Assembly (NCBI GenBank): GCA_951406725.2
Contig: OX597826.1
Location: 61,132,001-61,196,000, forward strand
Length of the DNA stretch: 64,000 nucleotides
Source of the DNA: Octopus vulgaris
Lineage: Eukaryota
Direction: 5' to 3'
Below the pieces are notes generated by a model, which did not search any database, had not been told where the DNA came from, and worked only from the letters and a program-made list of their open reading frames with translations. How positions within the stretch are numbered: position 1 is the stretch's first letter; every line of letters begins with the position of its first letter. This document shows positions 24,644-38,824 of this stretch, in pieces. The translations under genes and the position numbers were made by a program.

Positions 24644-27600
24644 GTGGTGGATGTAGTTGTTGTGTCAGTGGTTGCATAAATAGTAGTAGTGGTGATAGCA
24701 ATAACAGTGGTATACAGCTAGTGTATAACAGCATACAGTAGGGACATCAGAAAGGTCAGCATCAGTACCTTTCTACAGATTCTCCTTTAAAACCTGTTTG
24801 GTGGGTTCAGCCCCACCCAGATCAGCTCTGATGAAACAGGAGTATGGTTTACCCTTTCGTTATTGTATTTCTGTTGAGATGCTCTGTGTTTCTTTCAATT
24901 ACTTTAAATATAACAAAGAATTTAGTAAAATAACTTAGTTATCATTAAGCTAGTGTTAGGAACATAAATTGTGACTAAGGTTTGGTGGAAGATTTTAATT
25001 CCAAATTTATGAAAAGACATTTGTACTCAGAGCCAGAGCCGGTTTCAGCCAGGTTGGTAATGAAAGGGTTAAGATATTCCAACCATGGCCATTCTGTCTA
25101 TTAATCAAACAGAGCAATCAGAACTAAGAACAGCAGGCTGTGACTTATTTTATGGCTGAGTGCAACGAAGAGGAAGAAGAACAGCATCCATGACCCTTTT
25201 TCAGGGGTATCTGAGAATGAAGGGAGGAAAGAAGTTTTTCTTGAGGAATAATTTAACTGCTAGTGCCAGGAAGTTAAGAAGTTGACCAACTGCCCAGAGG
25301 CTCTATAGTTGATTAATTCAACAGCTGTTTTAGTAGAATTTTAAGTATAAAACAAGAACAAACAAACATAATTATAAAAAGGACCCACCTGAGCTCTGGA
25401 CACATCTGAACAGGCCCCACAAACCAGTTCTGTGGGGTCGTAGTCATCAACAGCACCAGCTTGTTCATCACAGCGTGCTTCTCCACCATAGTAGGCCTGA
25501 GATATAGCAAAAAAAAGCCATCAATATTTACATTATATATATCCCATGCCAACCCCTTTGCTTGCGAAGACATGTTCAATATCGAATTGAACCACATTAT
25601 ATAAAAAGCATATCTATAATGCCAGCGCCGCTCGACAGGCTTCCGTAGCAGGTGGCACATAAAATACACCAATCCGACCGTGGCCGTTGCCAGCCTCGCC
25701 TGGCACCTGTGCAGGTGGCACGTAAAAAGCACCCACTACACTCACGGAGTGGTTGCTGTTAGGAAGGGCATCCAGCTGTAGAAACATTGCCAGATAGGAC
25801 TGGAGCCTGGTGCAGCCTTCTGGCTTCCCAGATCCCCGGTCGAACCGTCCAACCCATGCTAGCATGGAGAACGGACATTAAACGATGATGATGATGATGA
25901 TATCTATAATAATAAATGGTAAGTTTGTGAATTTGTTACACATACATACATGCATGCATATGTGTGTGTGTGTGTGTGTGTATTTGCATGCTTATACAAA
26001 GTCAATGTTGAGGATGAGACACTGGAAGCTTAACAATAAAAAACAGAGACAGGAAATAAAATTTAGTGAAAACTACCAGCAACTGTAAATGAGAATGAAA
26101 AATTACAAATAATGTTGTAGTTGAAATAACATACTTAGGAATAAAATCCACACTGGTCTTTGTTTCAGAGACAAGGGACAATAACGAACATGTTTCAGTC
26201 TTAGTCTGGCTTCATCAGCATTAACAGCCTTTTGTCTTTCCCCTTTTACTTTTTCACCTGGTAATCCCAATAACCTTATTGACTTAGATCCAGGTAGAGA
26301 TTAACCAAGGAAACATATATACATATATACACCCAGGGACGAGCTTAATTTTTCCCGTCACTTAGCGGTTCGGCAAAAAAGAGACCGATAGAATAAGTAC
26401 TGGGCTTACAAAAGAATAAGTCCCGGGGTCGAGTTGCTCGATTAAAGGCGGTGCTCCAGCATGGCCGCAGTCAAATGACTGAAACAAGTCAAAGAGAAAA
26501 AAAAAGAGAAAAAAAAAATACAAGTGAAAACGTTATTGGACTTACCTTGCCACATTTATAACATACGTAGTAGGCATAGCGTTCCATAGCAAAGCTGGCT
26601 GGATCATTGAAATAACGAGCACCTGGAGTTGTAATAGCTTCAGCTTTGTGTAATCCTTCATATTCGAGCCTCATCAAGGCTTTCCGCCGCACATCTTCAT
26701 AAAGTTCTCGGATTGGTGCCAGCAGATCTTTCAACACAGGATGGTTGATGGTATCCTATAGTGGAGAGGAGAAAATTCAGTTAAAAGTTAAAAATTAAAG
26801 CCATAAAGTGGCTGATCGGTAGATTAATGAATTTGGTTGATGGTAAATATCAGGTCAGGTGAAAAATACAGAAGTGGCTCAGAAAGGAGGTGACGATAAG
26901 TGGCAGCACAGGAAAGGTGGAAATTAGAAGTTAAGTTAAGTTAAGTTAATTTTTTGGCTCAAAAAGCAAAAAGCAAGGCCATGTAGGTGGACATGGAGTT
27001 ATGTACAGCGAGGGTGTTCATGCAAAGAGTTCAGGCCATTTGTGGTCAAGAGAGACTTTGAACCGAGCGGTCGTCGGCATCTTCACTATCTCGTCCGGCA
27101 GCTTATTCCACAGATCTGCAACCCGGACGGAGAAAGCCCCTCTCCTTCGATTGAGATGAAATCGTCGCAGATAGAGCTTTTCGGAGTGACCCCGCAGCCG
27201 ACGCTCTGGAGCAGGAGTGAAGAACAGCTCTTTCGAGAGGTTACACTTTCTGCTTATGATGTTGTGAGCAAGAATGAGATCACCACGGCGGCGTCAGCCA
27301 GTAGGTAGTTAAGAAAATAGGAAGATGATGCGTGAGGTGGGAGAGTAGAGAGGACAAGAAAGAGAGAGTGATGTACAGTGATAGAGAAGAATATCAGAGG
27401 TTTGTAGGGGTGGCTTTAGTGAGTAGCAAATATGAGAGGATGTAGGGACTGGATGTAGGATAGTGTATTTGTCATTGTTGTTTAGCCCCAGGACATCTCG
27501 GTCTAACAGAACTTAAGGAATGGAGTACTTGTTGTTTAAACAGTTAGAAGATAGTTATATAGAAAGTAAAAACAACCCCTACTTAACCAGCGAGTGAAGT

Positions 27601-30600
27601 TACTTTTTTTCAATGACACAGTTATTGCACTGATCCATGTCTGTTGGACTGAGTTACTTACTTTGCAAATAGGACACAGTGAGAATCCAAATGTGATTCG
27701 TGGTCCAACCCACTTTCGGATGAGGACATTCTTCGTACAGTGCAAGTGGAATACATGAGCACATTTTAACTGTAATGATAAGAGAATGTAGGAATAAGAG
27801 ATTAACAGCAACAACTGAAAAAACATTAAGACAAAAAGAAAGCAATATATCATAATCATTTAGTGTCTGCTTTCCATGCTAGCATGGGTTAGACAGTTTG
27901 ACTACAACTGATAAGCCAGAGAGCAGCACCAAGTTCCAGTCTGATTTGGCATGGTCTCTATGGCTGGATGCCCTTCCTAACACCAACCACTCCAAGAGTG
28001 TAGTGGGTGCTTTTTACATGCCACCAGAATGGGAGCCAGTCAGGGAGCACTGGCATCAGCCACATTTGGATGGTGCTTTTAACATGCCAATAGCACAGGC
28101 AACCAGTCAGGAGGCACTAGCATCGACCCACGCTCAAATGGTGTTTATTACGTACTACCAGCATGGGTGCCAGTCAAGTGGCACTGGCCATGACTACAAT
28201 GTATAATATTTGTTCAGACACTGTTTGGCTATCAGAGACATAAAATCCAATTTGAACTTTCAGCTTTATAAATATATTTTGATATTCTACTTTCTGTATA
28301 GGAAAAATCTTTGCTTCTCTCTTTCTTGTCTAATACAGAAGTCTTTGCATTTAAAGTGCTTACATACACATATACAAACTGTTATATAACTATATTTGCT
28401 GTAAATTACAGGCGACCATTAATGGCTTTCAACAAATAATTTTCACTAGATGCAAAACCAAAAACCATTTTAATTTACAAAGTGATTGGTTGAAATGGTT
28501 GATGCTTCTCTCATCATTTCCTTAATAACCCAACAGATTAAAAATATTGAAGGAGACAAAAGTAAAAGTTTTTACTGGTTCCAATTAGCTGTTAACATAT
28601 TACAGCCTTGCTTTTTTTTTTTAACTTTAAACTCTCGAATGAGCCAAATGCAGTTTAAAAAGAGAGAGCCATCGTTTACAGAGAGAAGGAAAGACAACAA
28701 CAAGAAACATTACTTAGTGGTTCGGCAAAAGAGACCAATAGAATAAGTACTGGGCTTACAAAGAATAAGTCCCAGGGTCGATTTGCTCGACTAAAGGCAG
28801 TGCTCCAGCATGGCCGCAGTCAAATGACTGAAACAAGTAAAAGAGTAAAGAGTATTACAGAGGAGAAAGAGAGAGGGATTTGTAGTTAACTTACCTGCAA
28901 AGCTGGAGCAGCAGATAGGGCCTCAGTAAAACAAATCATACACATATCGTCAGCATCTTGTTTGAGCATCTGTTGATTGGGGGCAGGGCACCGGTTTAAG
29001 CAAGGCAGGCAGCTCTCTTCATTCTTTATCCCTCCACAGGTGTGACCACAGGGAAGGGTCTTTGTACAGGCATTGCGACCATGTTCCTACAACAGCAAAA
29101 TAACACAACTTTTCATTTACATTAATATTTACGTTTAACAGATAATCTGGCAGAATCGGTGGAGTATCAAACAAAAGGCTTAATAGTGTATCTTCTGGTT
29201 CTGTAGGTTCAGAATTCAAATTCTGGTGAGGTTGACTTTGCTTTCCATCCTTTTAGGGTCAATGCAATCGATTGACTCTCTCACCAAAATTGCTGAGCTT
29301 GTGCCGAAATTAGAATTATTAACAGATGACCAAAATAGGTTCAGCAAGCAGCATGTTAGACTGAAGATCTAATATTCCTTCATCCAATTCTGGGTTCCAG
29401 CATATTCCTGAAGTTCTTTTCAAGAGCAGTGGATTGGAAGAATCATTAGAACACCAAACAAAGTGTCCTATAGTATTCAGTTATATCACACTGTACATTT
29501 TGTCTCAAATTCCATTAAGGTCAACTTTGCTTTTCAAGCCTTTCAGGGTTGATAAAACAAAGTACACATCAAACACTAGGGCAGATAATACTGATTAAAC
29601 CCTTCCTCAGAAAAATTACTGGCCCTGTGAAACAATTGTTAATCAGTGTTACAACCATTTAGACAACTCAAATAACCACAATCCATTATCGTTATCATTA
29701 TAATACATAAACACCATGATTGTCACAACTAGTTCAATCAGTAACATGCAAGCCTTTTGGGTAATTATTTTGGGTACTTTTAGTAGTTTAATCAGAAGAT
29801 TAGAAGGGCAGCATTATGGAACTGATGGATAGTAAGAAAGTAGGCATCTGAAGCTAGAAACCTGGTCTTAATGTTAACAACAAACTAGACCCTGCTAAAG
29901 GCACCTCAGGGTCAGGTTATAGTGTTGAATTGGGTAACAGATTAAGACTGCCACCCATGAACCTCATGGTGACAATAACTGTCATGATGTGTGAACATCT
30001 CTGAATAGGAGAGCTGTTAGAAACCCAGCAAAATAATAGAAACTCCATCAAAAGGACGGGTGAAACTAGTATAAGGTCAATGACTCTCTAGCAAAAGTGT
30101 GCAGGGACTGGTAGGCAAGCATGTCTGCTTACATACATACATAGGTACATAGCTACACGCAAATACATGTGCACCTGCTGTCATTTAAATATACACGCAT
30201 ACAAAAATAGAAATATCAAAAGAGAAAGAACTAGTGAATAGAGAGAGATTCCAGAGAAAACTATAATCACCTGGCATTCAGCATCTGAACAGACATTACC
30301 GATGGCAAGGAGGCCGTTATTACTGGATGTTCCACAGAAACGACAAGTTCCAGAACCTGCAGGAGTGGCACCAACTTTTCCTGAAAAAATAAGTGGAATG
30401 GATAGAGTAAAAACACAAAGTGGTATGTGGTGTGTCTATAAGAAAAATGGTAACTGATAGCTGTGTTCACACACACACACACACACACAAGCAAGGGAGA
30501 AGGGGAGTAACACCAACAACTAAAGAAGGAGGCTCTACTACTTGCTCATTGAACCAGCTAGTTAAAACAGCCGAATCTCCTCCTAGTCAGAGTATACCAT

Positions 30601-33600
30601 CTCATAACAGAACACACTGGATAAGGTTGTTTAAATTACATAGAATCTCCACAGTAGGGTGGAGTGAAAATAAAAAATTGTGGAAATTGAAAATGCCTGA
30701 GGGTTAAAATGTTGCTATATTTGATTACTAGAAAAATGCTAAATTTTTGCTGAGATCAATCAAGAACATTTACTCCCTCAAGCCCCCTAAACTCCAGAAA
30801 TGGGAGATTTTTGTAAATTTTTTGCAATAGTGGAGTTAATGGGTTTGATGGAGTAAATGCCCTTGACTGCTCTAAACAAAAATTTTGCATTTTTTCCAAT
30901 AATAATATATATCAAGATTTGAGGCCTCAGGCATATTCAATTTCCATAATTTTTTATTTTCACTCTACCCTAGATTATATGGAATCGAAATTGAACCAAT
31001 CCTATGACTGGCACCCGGCAGATGACAGGACCCCTGGACTGGAGATACGTAAAAAGCACTATCCAAATCATGGCCGATGCCAGCGCCGCTTCGACTGGCT
31101 TCCGTGTCGGTGGCACGTAAAAAGCACCATCCGAATCGTGGCCGAAGCCAGTGCCGCCTCGACTGGCTTCCGTGCAGGTGGCGCGTAAAATGCACCAATC
31201 CGACCGTGGCCGATGCCAGCCTCGCCTGGCACCAGTGCAAGTGGCACGTAAAAAGCACCCACTACACTCACGGAGTGGTTGGCGTTAGGAAGGGCATCCA
31301 GCTGTAGAAACATTGCCAGATAAGACCGGAGCCTGGTGCAGCCTTCTGGCTTCCCAGATCCCTGGTCGAACCATCCAACCCATGCTAGCATGGAGAACGG
31401 ACGTTAAACGATGATGATGATGATGATGATACCCGCGCATACACGCACACATACACGTGTGATAGGGTGGAGTGAAAATAAAAAATTGTGAAAATTGAAA
31501 ATGTCTGAGGTCTAAAATCTTGCTATATATTATTACAGGAAAAATGCAAATTTTTTGCTTAGATCAGTCAAGGGCATTTACTCCCTCAAAACCAAGCAAA
31601 CTCTGCTATTGTAAAAAATTTACAAAAATCCCCCATTTTCAGAGTTTAGGGGGCTTGAGGGAATAAATGCCCTTGATTGATCTCAGCAAAAATTTTGCAT
31701 TTTTCTAGTAATCAAATATAGCAACATTTTAGCCCTCAGGCATTTTCAATTTTTTTATTCTCACTCCACCCTACTCCACAGTCTACAAAGCAACAAATGA
31801 ACATCCATATCAGTCATAGGCATACTGTGGGTCTGCAAGGCTTTCTGAAAGGCATGCCTAACAAAAGATTATTCTTTCTTTTATTCTTTTACTAGTTTCA
31901 GTCACTTGACTGCGGCCATGCTGGAGCACTGCCTTTTGTTGAACAAATCGACCCCCAGGACTTATTCTTTGTAAACCTAGCACTTATTCTATTGGTCACT
32001 TTTGCTGAACTGCTAAGTTATGGAGACGTAAACACAGCAGCATCAGTTGTCAAGTGATGGGAGGGGACAAACACAGACACACACAAGGGTGACCCCCTCC
32101 AGCCATGAATGACCATGGGATTGCACCTGGAAAGTTATGCTCCAAGGCACAAGTCCTGGGAAGGTTGTTTATGGAAGACCAGCTGTCGCCCATGCATACC
32201 AGCGTCCCCTCTCCACACCACCAATGTTATCCAAGGGAAAGGCAAAAGCCAATGCAGCTTGGCACCAGTGATGTCGCAACTCATTTCTACAGCTGAGTGA
32301 ACTGGAGCAACATGAAATAAAGTGTCTTGCTCAAGAACACAACATGCAGCCCAGTCCAGGAATCGAACTCACAACCTCACGATCGTAAGCTCGATGTTCT
32401 AACCACTGAGCCATGCGCCTTCGCTACAGACACAGACACACAAATATATATATATACGATGAGCTTCTTTCAGTGTCCGTCTACCAAATCCACTCATACG
32501 GCTTTGGTCAGCTCAAGGCTATAGTAGTTACCATTTGCCCAAGATGCCACGCAATGGAACTGAACCCGGAACCATGTGGTTAGAAAGCAAGCTTCTTATC
32601 ACACAGCCATGAATTTTCTTTTAGTAGTATATAGCCTGTCTGAGTTATGCCTCATACAGCCCACTTCTTGGAAAAGGTTGCTTATAAAATCAAAAGTAGT
32701 GTAGCAGCCTTGACTTCCCAAAACATTTTTTCACACTCAGAATGGCTAAGGTATGGAATATTCTACCCATATCAACTGATAGTTGTCAAGATACAGAATC
32801 CTTCAAAGTTACCATGCTTCCTGAAGTTCACCAACACTAATCCTGAATGTACCTATGCACCCTTTCTCGTTTACGGCTGTTTCACTGTTCACTTTCCCAT
32901 TGTTTTATGGTTTATTCTGCATACTCACCATGTATTTTTTGCTGTCTTTCTTTTTGTGCCCCACCTTTAACCCTTTTCAAACAAGTTGTAATGTGCTATA
33001 TACAATAAGCTCAACCTCATCAACATCACAGTGACTGCTAAACATTCTCGAATTAACATTAGTATTTTAAACCTCTCATAAACTGGGCCCATGTCTAACT
33101 TTACCTTCCACCTGGGCTCCCGAACAAAAAAATAAATAGCTGCATATACAGCTCAGGAGTAACAATTGCAGGCAAACTAATGGACAGAATCAGTTGCATC
33201 TTTTTCTGCATCGTGTTGGTCATTGCCACTGAACTGGGAATCCAACAGAGATGGCATTTAAGCTATTCCTGCTACAGCAAGATTGAGGCAAGACAGAATT
33301 AAAAAGAAGGAAAGACACCTTGGATAAGACACTTTGGATAACAGCCATGGCTGTGTGGTAAGAAGTTTGGTTCCCAATCATATGGTTCCAGGTTCAGTCC
33401 CAATGCATGGCACCTTGGGCAAGTGTCTTCTGCTATAGTCTCAGGCCAACCAAAGTCATGCATATATGAATATATGTGTGTGTGTGTGTTGGTTTCCTCC
33501 TCACTGCTTGACAACCGGGGTTGGTGTGTTTACATCTGTATATTAGCAGTTCAGCAAAAGAGACCGATAGAATAATTACATAAGTACTAGGCTTAAAAAC

Positions 33601-36597
33601 ACAAGTCCTGGAGTCGATTTGTTCAACTGAAAACCCTTCAAAGCAGTGCTCCAGTATGACCACAGTCAACTGACTGAAACAAGAAACAGAATAATAGAAA
33701 ATAGTGTTGGCTTTACAATTGTCTTTGATAAGAAGTTGATTTGATCGTGACCACAAACACCATCACGTCTGAAGCAGAACTGACAATGGCTTTACAATAA
33801 CTACCACCATCACAACCACTAAAACCATACAACTACTACTACTACTACTACTACTATAACCACACCAAATTCCATCATAACGATAAATGTTTCACACATG
33901 TATGAATAAATGAGAGAGAGAGAGAGAGATTTCTAAATGATATGTACCTTCTCGGAATTCAACCATGGCTTTCAATGATTTGGAATCAGCCAACAGCATC
34001 AGCCAAAACAGCTTCATTCTGCCACAGCCTTCATGCAGGTCAACCTTGATAGCCTCCTCTTCCTCTTTGAACACCTGTACATAATGGACAAGAAACAAAA
34101 AAAGATTGCAATCTTCAGTCTTGATACATTGTAAATAATAAAGATTGATGGGGTGGGAGAATCGGCTGTGATATCCCTAACTTCCTCTCCATCAAAATCA
34201 AATCAAATTCGCAAATTCAATGACTGGCACCTGTGCCAGTGGAGCGCTAAGAGCACTATCCAAGCGGGATCACTGCCAGAGCAGCTGACTGGCTTCCGTG
34301 CCAGTGGCACATAAAGAGCACCATTCAAACGTGATCGTTACCAGCATCGCCTTACTGGCACTTGTGCCGGTGACATGTGAAAAACATTTGAGCAAAGTCA
34401 TTGCCAGTGCTGCTGGACTGGCTCCTGTGCAGGTGGCATGTAAAAAACACCACTTGAGCGTGGCTGTTGTCAGTACTGCCTGACTGGCCCTCATGCCAGT
34501 GGCACGTAAATGCACCCACTACACTCTCAGAGTGGTTGGCATTAGGAAGGGCACCCAGCTGTAGAAACTCTGCTAGATCAGATTGGAGCCTGGTGCAGCC
34601 ATCTGGATTGCCAGTCCTCAGTCAAATCGTCCAACCCATGCTAGCATGGAAAGTGGATGTTAAACAATGATGATGATGATGATTGTTGCATAAAGTTATC
34701 ACCATCATAAGTAGAATTGTGTTAACAATCATCATCATCATCAAACTTCTGTCACTACAACCACTATCACATTTATCACAAATACATCACCATTATAATG
34801 AGATAGTCATGACTGGAATATTTTTTAATCAGAAGTTTGCCAAATCTTGTCTAAATCCAGGTAAAAACAACATATCCAGCCTCCATGCATTTACACAGTT
34901 TGCTAGAAATAGTAGCCTAATCTTACTTAAATCACACCCTAATAGTTTAAGATACACTGAACATTGTTAACATACATATACAAAATGAAAGGGTGGCTAC
35001 TGCAGGAATGTCTTTCATCATTGCTCCAGTCAAACAAATTTAACCTTTCATCATCTGTCTGGTAAAACATGTCTTTCCTCCTCCTCTCAGTAAACTTGTG
35101 CCCAAACCCCAGGTCCAAAGTTAATCCTTATGCCTAGTCCTTTCTTTTCAGGATGCCAGCCCTTTGGAAATTCCTAACTGCCCACATCTTTACTTGCAAG
35201 TTTCCAGAAAAAACATTCAGAACATTGATTTGATCGCAACTGTCTATGAAGGCCTGTGAAAACTTTCAGCATTGCTTTTTCCTACAGACCCCACCAAGTT
35301 AAAAAAATAATTAATAAATATAAAAAGAAAAAATACAGTTGGTGATTCCAGCATGGTGGCTGTATATGTTGTTTTTACCTGGAGTTAGACAAGATTTGGC
35401 AAACTTTTGATTCAAAAATATTCCAGTCATGACTATCTCATCATAATGGTGATGTATTTGTGATAAATGTGATAGTGGTTATAGTGACAGAAGTTTGACC
35501 AATCAATGAAAGGAGATCAATCAATCAATCAATCAGTTCTTTTCAATTCTGCCACAAGGCCAGAAATTACAAGGGGAGGGTTTAAGACAATTAAATCGGC
35601 CCCAGTGCCGAACTGGTACTTTATTTTATCAGCCCCAAAAAGATGAAAGGTAAAGTAAATTTGGCAGAACTTGAACTTAGAATATAAAGACAGATGAAAT
35701 ACTGTTCAGCATTCTGCCTGGCATGCTAATGGTTTTGCCGAGCTCATTGCCTTTCGACCAATCAATGAAAGGAGGTTTACCTGTCTCTGGTGAGCCCTCG
35801 TTCTTCGGTGGAGATGGAGAAAACGGTTACAATCGGCGCACAAGTTTCCACACATATTACAAAGTATGATGGCAGGGGTCTCCCCATCATCATGGTTATC
35901 ACAGGTAGGCTGAAACAGACAGAAGGTAGACATAATATATATAGACACAGATATTCACACGTCATCATTTTAACGCCGACTTTTCTATGCTTGCATGGGT
36001 CAGGCAGAATCTGTCGAGGCAAATTTTTTACAAGATGTCCTTCATGCAGTCATGTGTGTGAGTATGTATAGGTATGTGTGTGTGTGATTTTGTAGTTGTG
36101 GTCAAAAGTTTGGAACATTTTTTGAAAATTAAAATTGTTATACCCAAATACAATTCTATTCAAATATATGCAACGTAGAGATATACTTGCCTAATAATTG
36201 ATCCGATCATTCAATTCTAGTTCTCAGACCTATGTTCCAAACTTTAGGCCATGACAGCAAGTATGTATGTACATACATACGTACGTACATTGTAAATATA
36301 TACAGAAAATTACAAATACACACACATTATCCTTTCTTCCATTTCTTTCATGTTGGCATCATTTGCTCCAGTATGGTATCTCACTTCTTGCAAACCTTTA
36401 TCTCTTTGGTCAAGCTGAGCATCCCAAGATCAACTTTCACTACTTCTTCCTTTACCTCCCTCGTCTGTAGGCTCCTTCTAGTTAGTTCATCAGACTCTTT
36501 CTCACTCAACTGTAATCCTTCAAGCAACATCAACACATCTGTACCAACGCAGTCTTCTCTCTTGTACACTACAGCTGATTTCTCTGATACCTGCCTG

Positions 36598-36632
<35 letters not shown>

Positions 36633-38791
36633 TCCTTTCCTCTGCTGTGCATGCATGTTAAAATTATGCATCTAATACAGCAAAAACACATACACATGTA
36701 CGAGAGTGTATGTATATATACTTATATAAACATTTCCCTTTCAAATACTCCCTTAGCTGAGTCGGGGGAGCTTTTTCCTATTCTTGTTCTTTTCTTCTCT
36801 TGCAAGTTACTAAGCGGCTTCACCAGTGGTGGTGGCACACTGCAAAGTGGTTGGCACTAGGAAGAGCATCCAGCTGTAGAAATTACGCCAAAGCTGACAT
36901 CGGAACTCAGTGCAGCCATGCAGCTCGCTGGATTCTGTCAAATCATCCAACCCATGCCAGCAGGGAAAAAACGGACATTCAACAATAATACTGCTGATGA
37001 TATATGCATGCATACAAAAGAAATGAATGAAACAAAAGGCAAAGAAAACAAGACGAGTCACATATACTTACACGGGGTGGGCCACGTTGATTATCAGGAC
37101 TGCTGCGCCATTCTCCAGATGACAAACGTTCAACATGGTCTTGGTCAAGGACACACAGAGATGCTAAGGCTAACCATAGCTGTGGAGAGAAAGAGAAGAG
37201 AAACTTGCTTAAGCTACCAGGAAATGAAGAGGGATAGCTTTGATGTTGATGTCTTATGATTTTCAAAGATTTATCACTCATTTCCATTAAGCCTTTCGTT
37301 ACTGTATTTATTTTGAGATGCTCTGTGTTTCTTTCAATTACTTTAAATATAACAAAGAATTTAGTAAAATAACTTAGTTATCATTCAGCTAGTGTTAGGA
37401 ACATAAATTGTGACAAAGGTTTGATGGAAGATTTTAATTCAAAACTTATAAAAACAAGACATTTGTACTCAGAGCCAGAGCCAGTTTCAGCCGGATTGGT
37501 AACGAAAGGGTTAAAGGTTTAACATTTATAAATAACTAAGTGGCAAACTGCTTACCACCAGCTTAAAGTTAATTACTCTGTGGAATCATACTTGAGTGCT
37601 TGAATAACACTTTGATGCATTACATAATAAACAGAATCTTTATATAATGTTATAAATCTGATAGAGAGAGAGAGATAAATAAGGAGACGGAAATACAGAA
37701 TATGAAAATATGGCAACTTACTGTAGGAGTTTTCATACAGGCCTGTGGAAGCCGCAATGACTCATCAAGTTTTGTCAAAGATAACAAGGCCTCGGCTATA
37801 GCTGCTTTGCTGACCATTGCCCATGCCTCCGACAAATGACCCTGGCAAATATAGCAATACACAACCGCATGTATAAATACGTGTAGAATTGTGTGTGTGT
37901 GTATCATATACACACACACGAATTTTAAAAAAAACAGGAGGAATGAACTATTCTGTACAATTTCTTTTCCTTTTTTTACTTGTTTCAGTCACTGTCTTTT
38001 GCCATGCTGGAGCACCACCTCAAAAGGATTCAGTTAATCAAATCAAAACCAGAATTTATTCTCAAGTTTGGTACTTATTCTATTGATCACTCTTCGTTGA
38101 TCTACTAAGATGCAAGGATGTAAACAAACCAGCACCAGTTATCAAGCAGAGACAAGCTCAAACACACACACACACAGCTTTCATGTAGTTTCCATTCATG
38201 AATTTCCTTGATGGGGCATTAGTTGGCATGGGGCTATAGTAGGAGACCTCACTAAAGATGCAGCATAGTAGGATTGAACTTGAAACCATGTTGTTGAGAA
38301 GCAAACTTCTTAACCACACAACCATGCCTGTGCCTATTCTTAACCACCCAACCTCATGCCGGCACTATTACAAACAAAATCAAGGAAAGAGTGTTGACAC
38401 ATAATTTGTAATTTTATATTAAAAAGGCACAGAACTCATATTTTAGGTGTTATTGTTGTCACTATTAAAAGGGCCCAAACAGCTTAGTTAAGGCAGAACT
38501 GACAAAGACAAAAATAGACAGTTGAATGTCCTGGAGTGAGCAACAACAGTTCCTATTTGACTGCTATTCTCAGAAGGTTGACCAATCACAGGGAATTCAT
38601 ACTTAATGTTTTTTTTTCCCCCCACATAGGCGCAGGAGTGGCTGTGTGGTAAGTACCTTGCTTACCAACCACATGGTTCCGGGTTCAGTCCCACTGCGTG
38701 GCACCTTGGGCAAGTGTCTTCTGCTATAGCTCCGGGCCGACCAATGCCTTGTGAGTGGATTTGGTAGACGGAAACTAAAAGAAGCCTGTCG

Positions 38792-38824
<33 letters not shown>

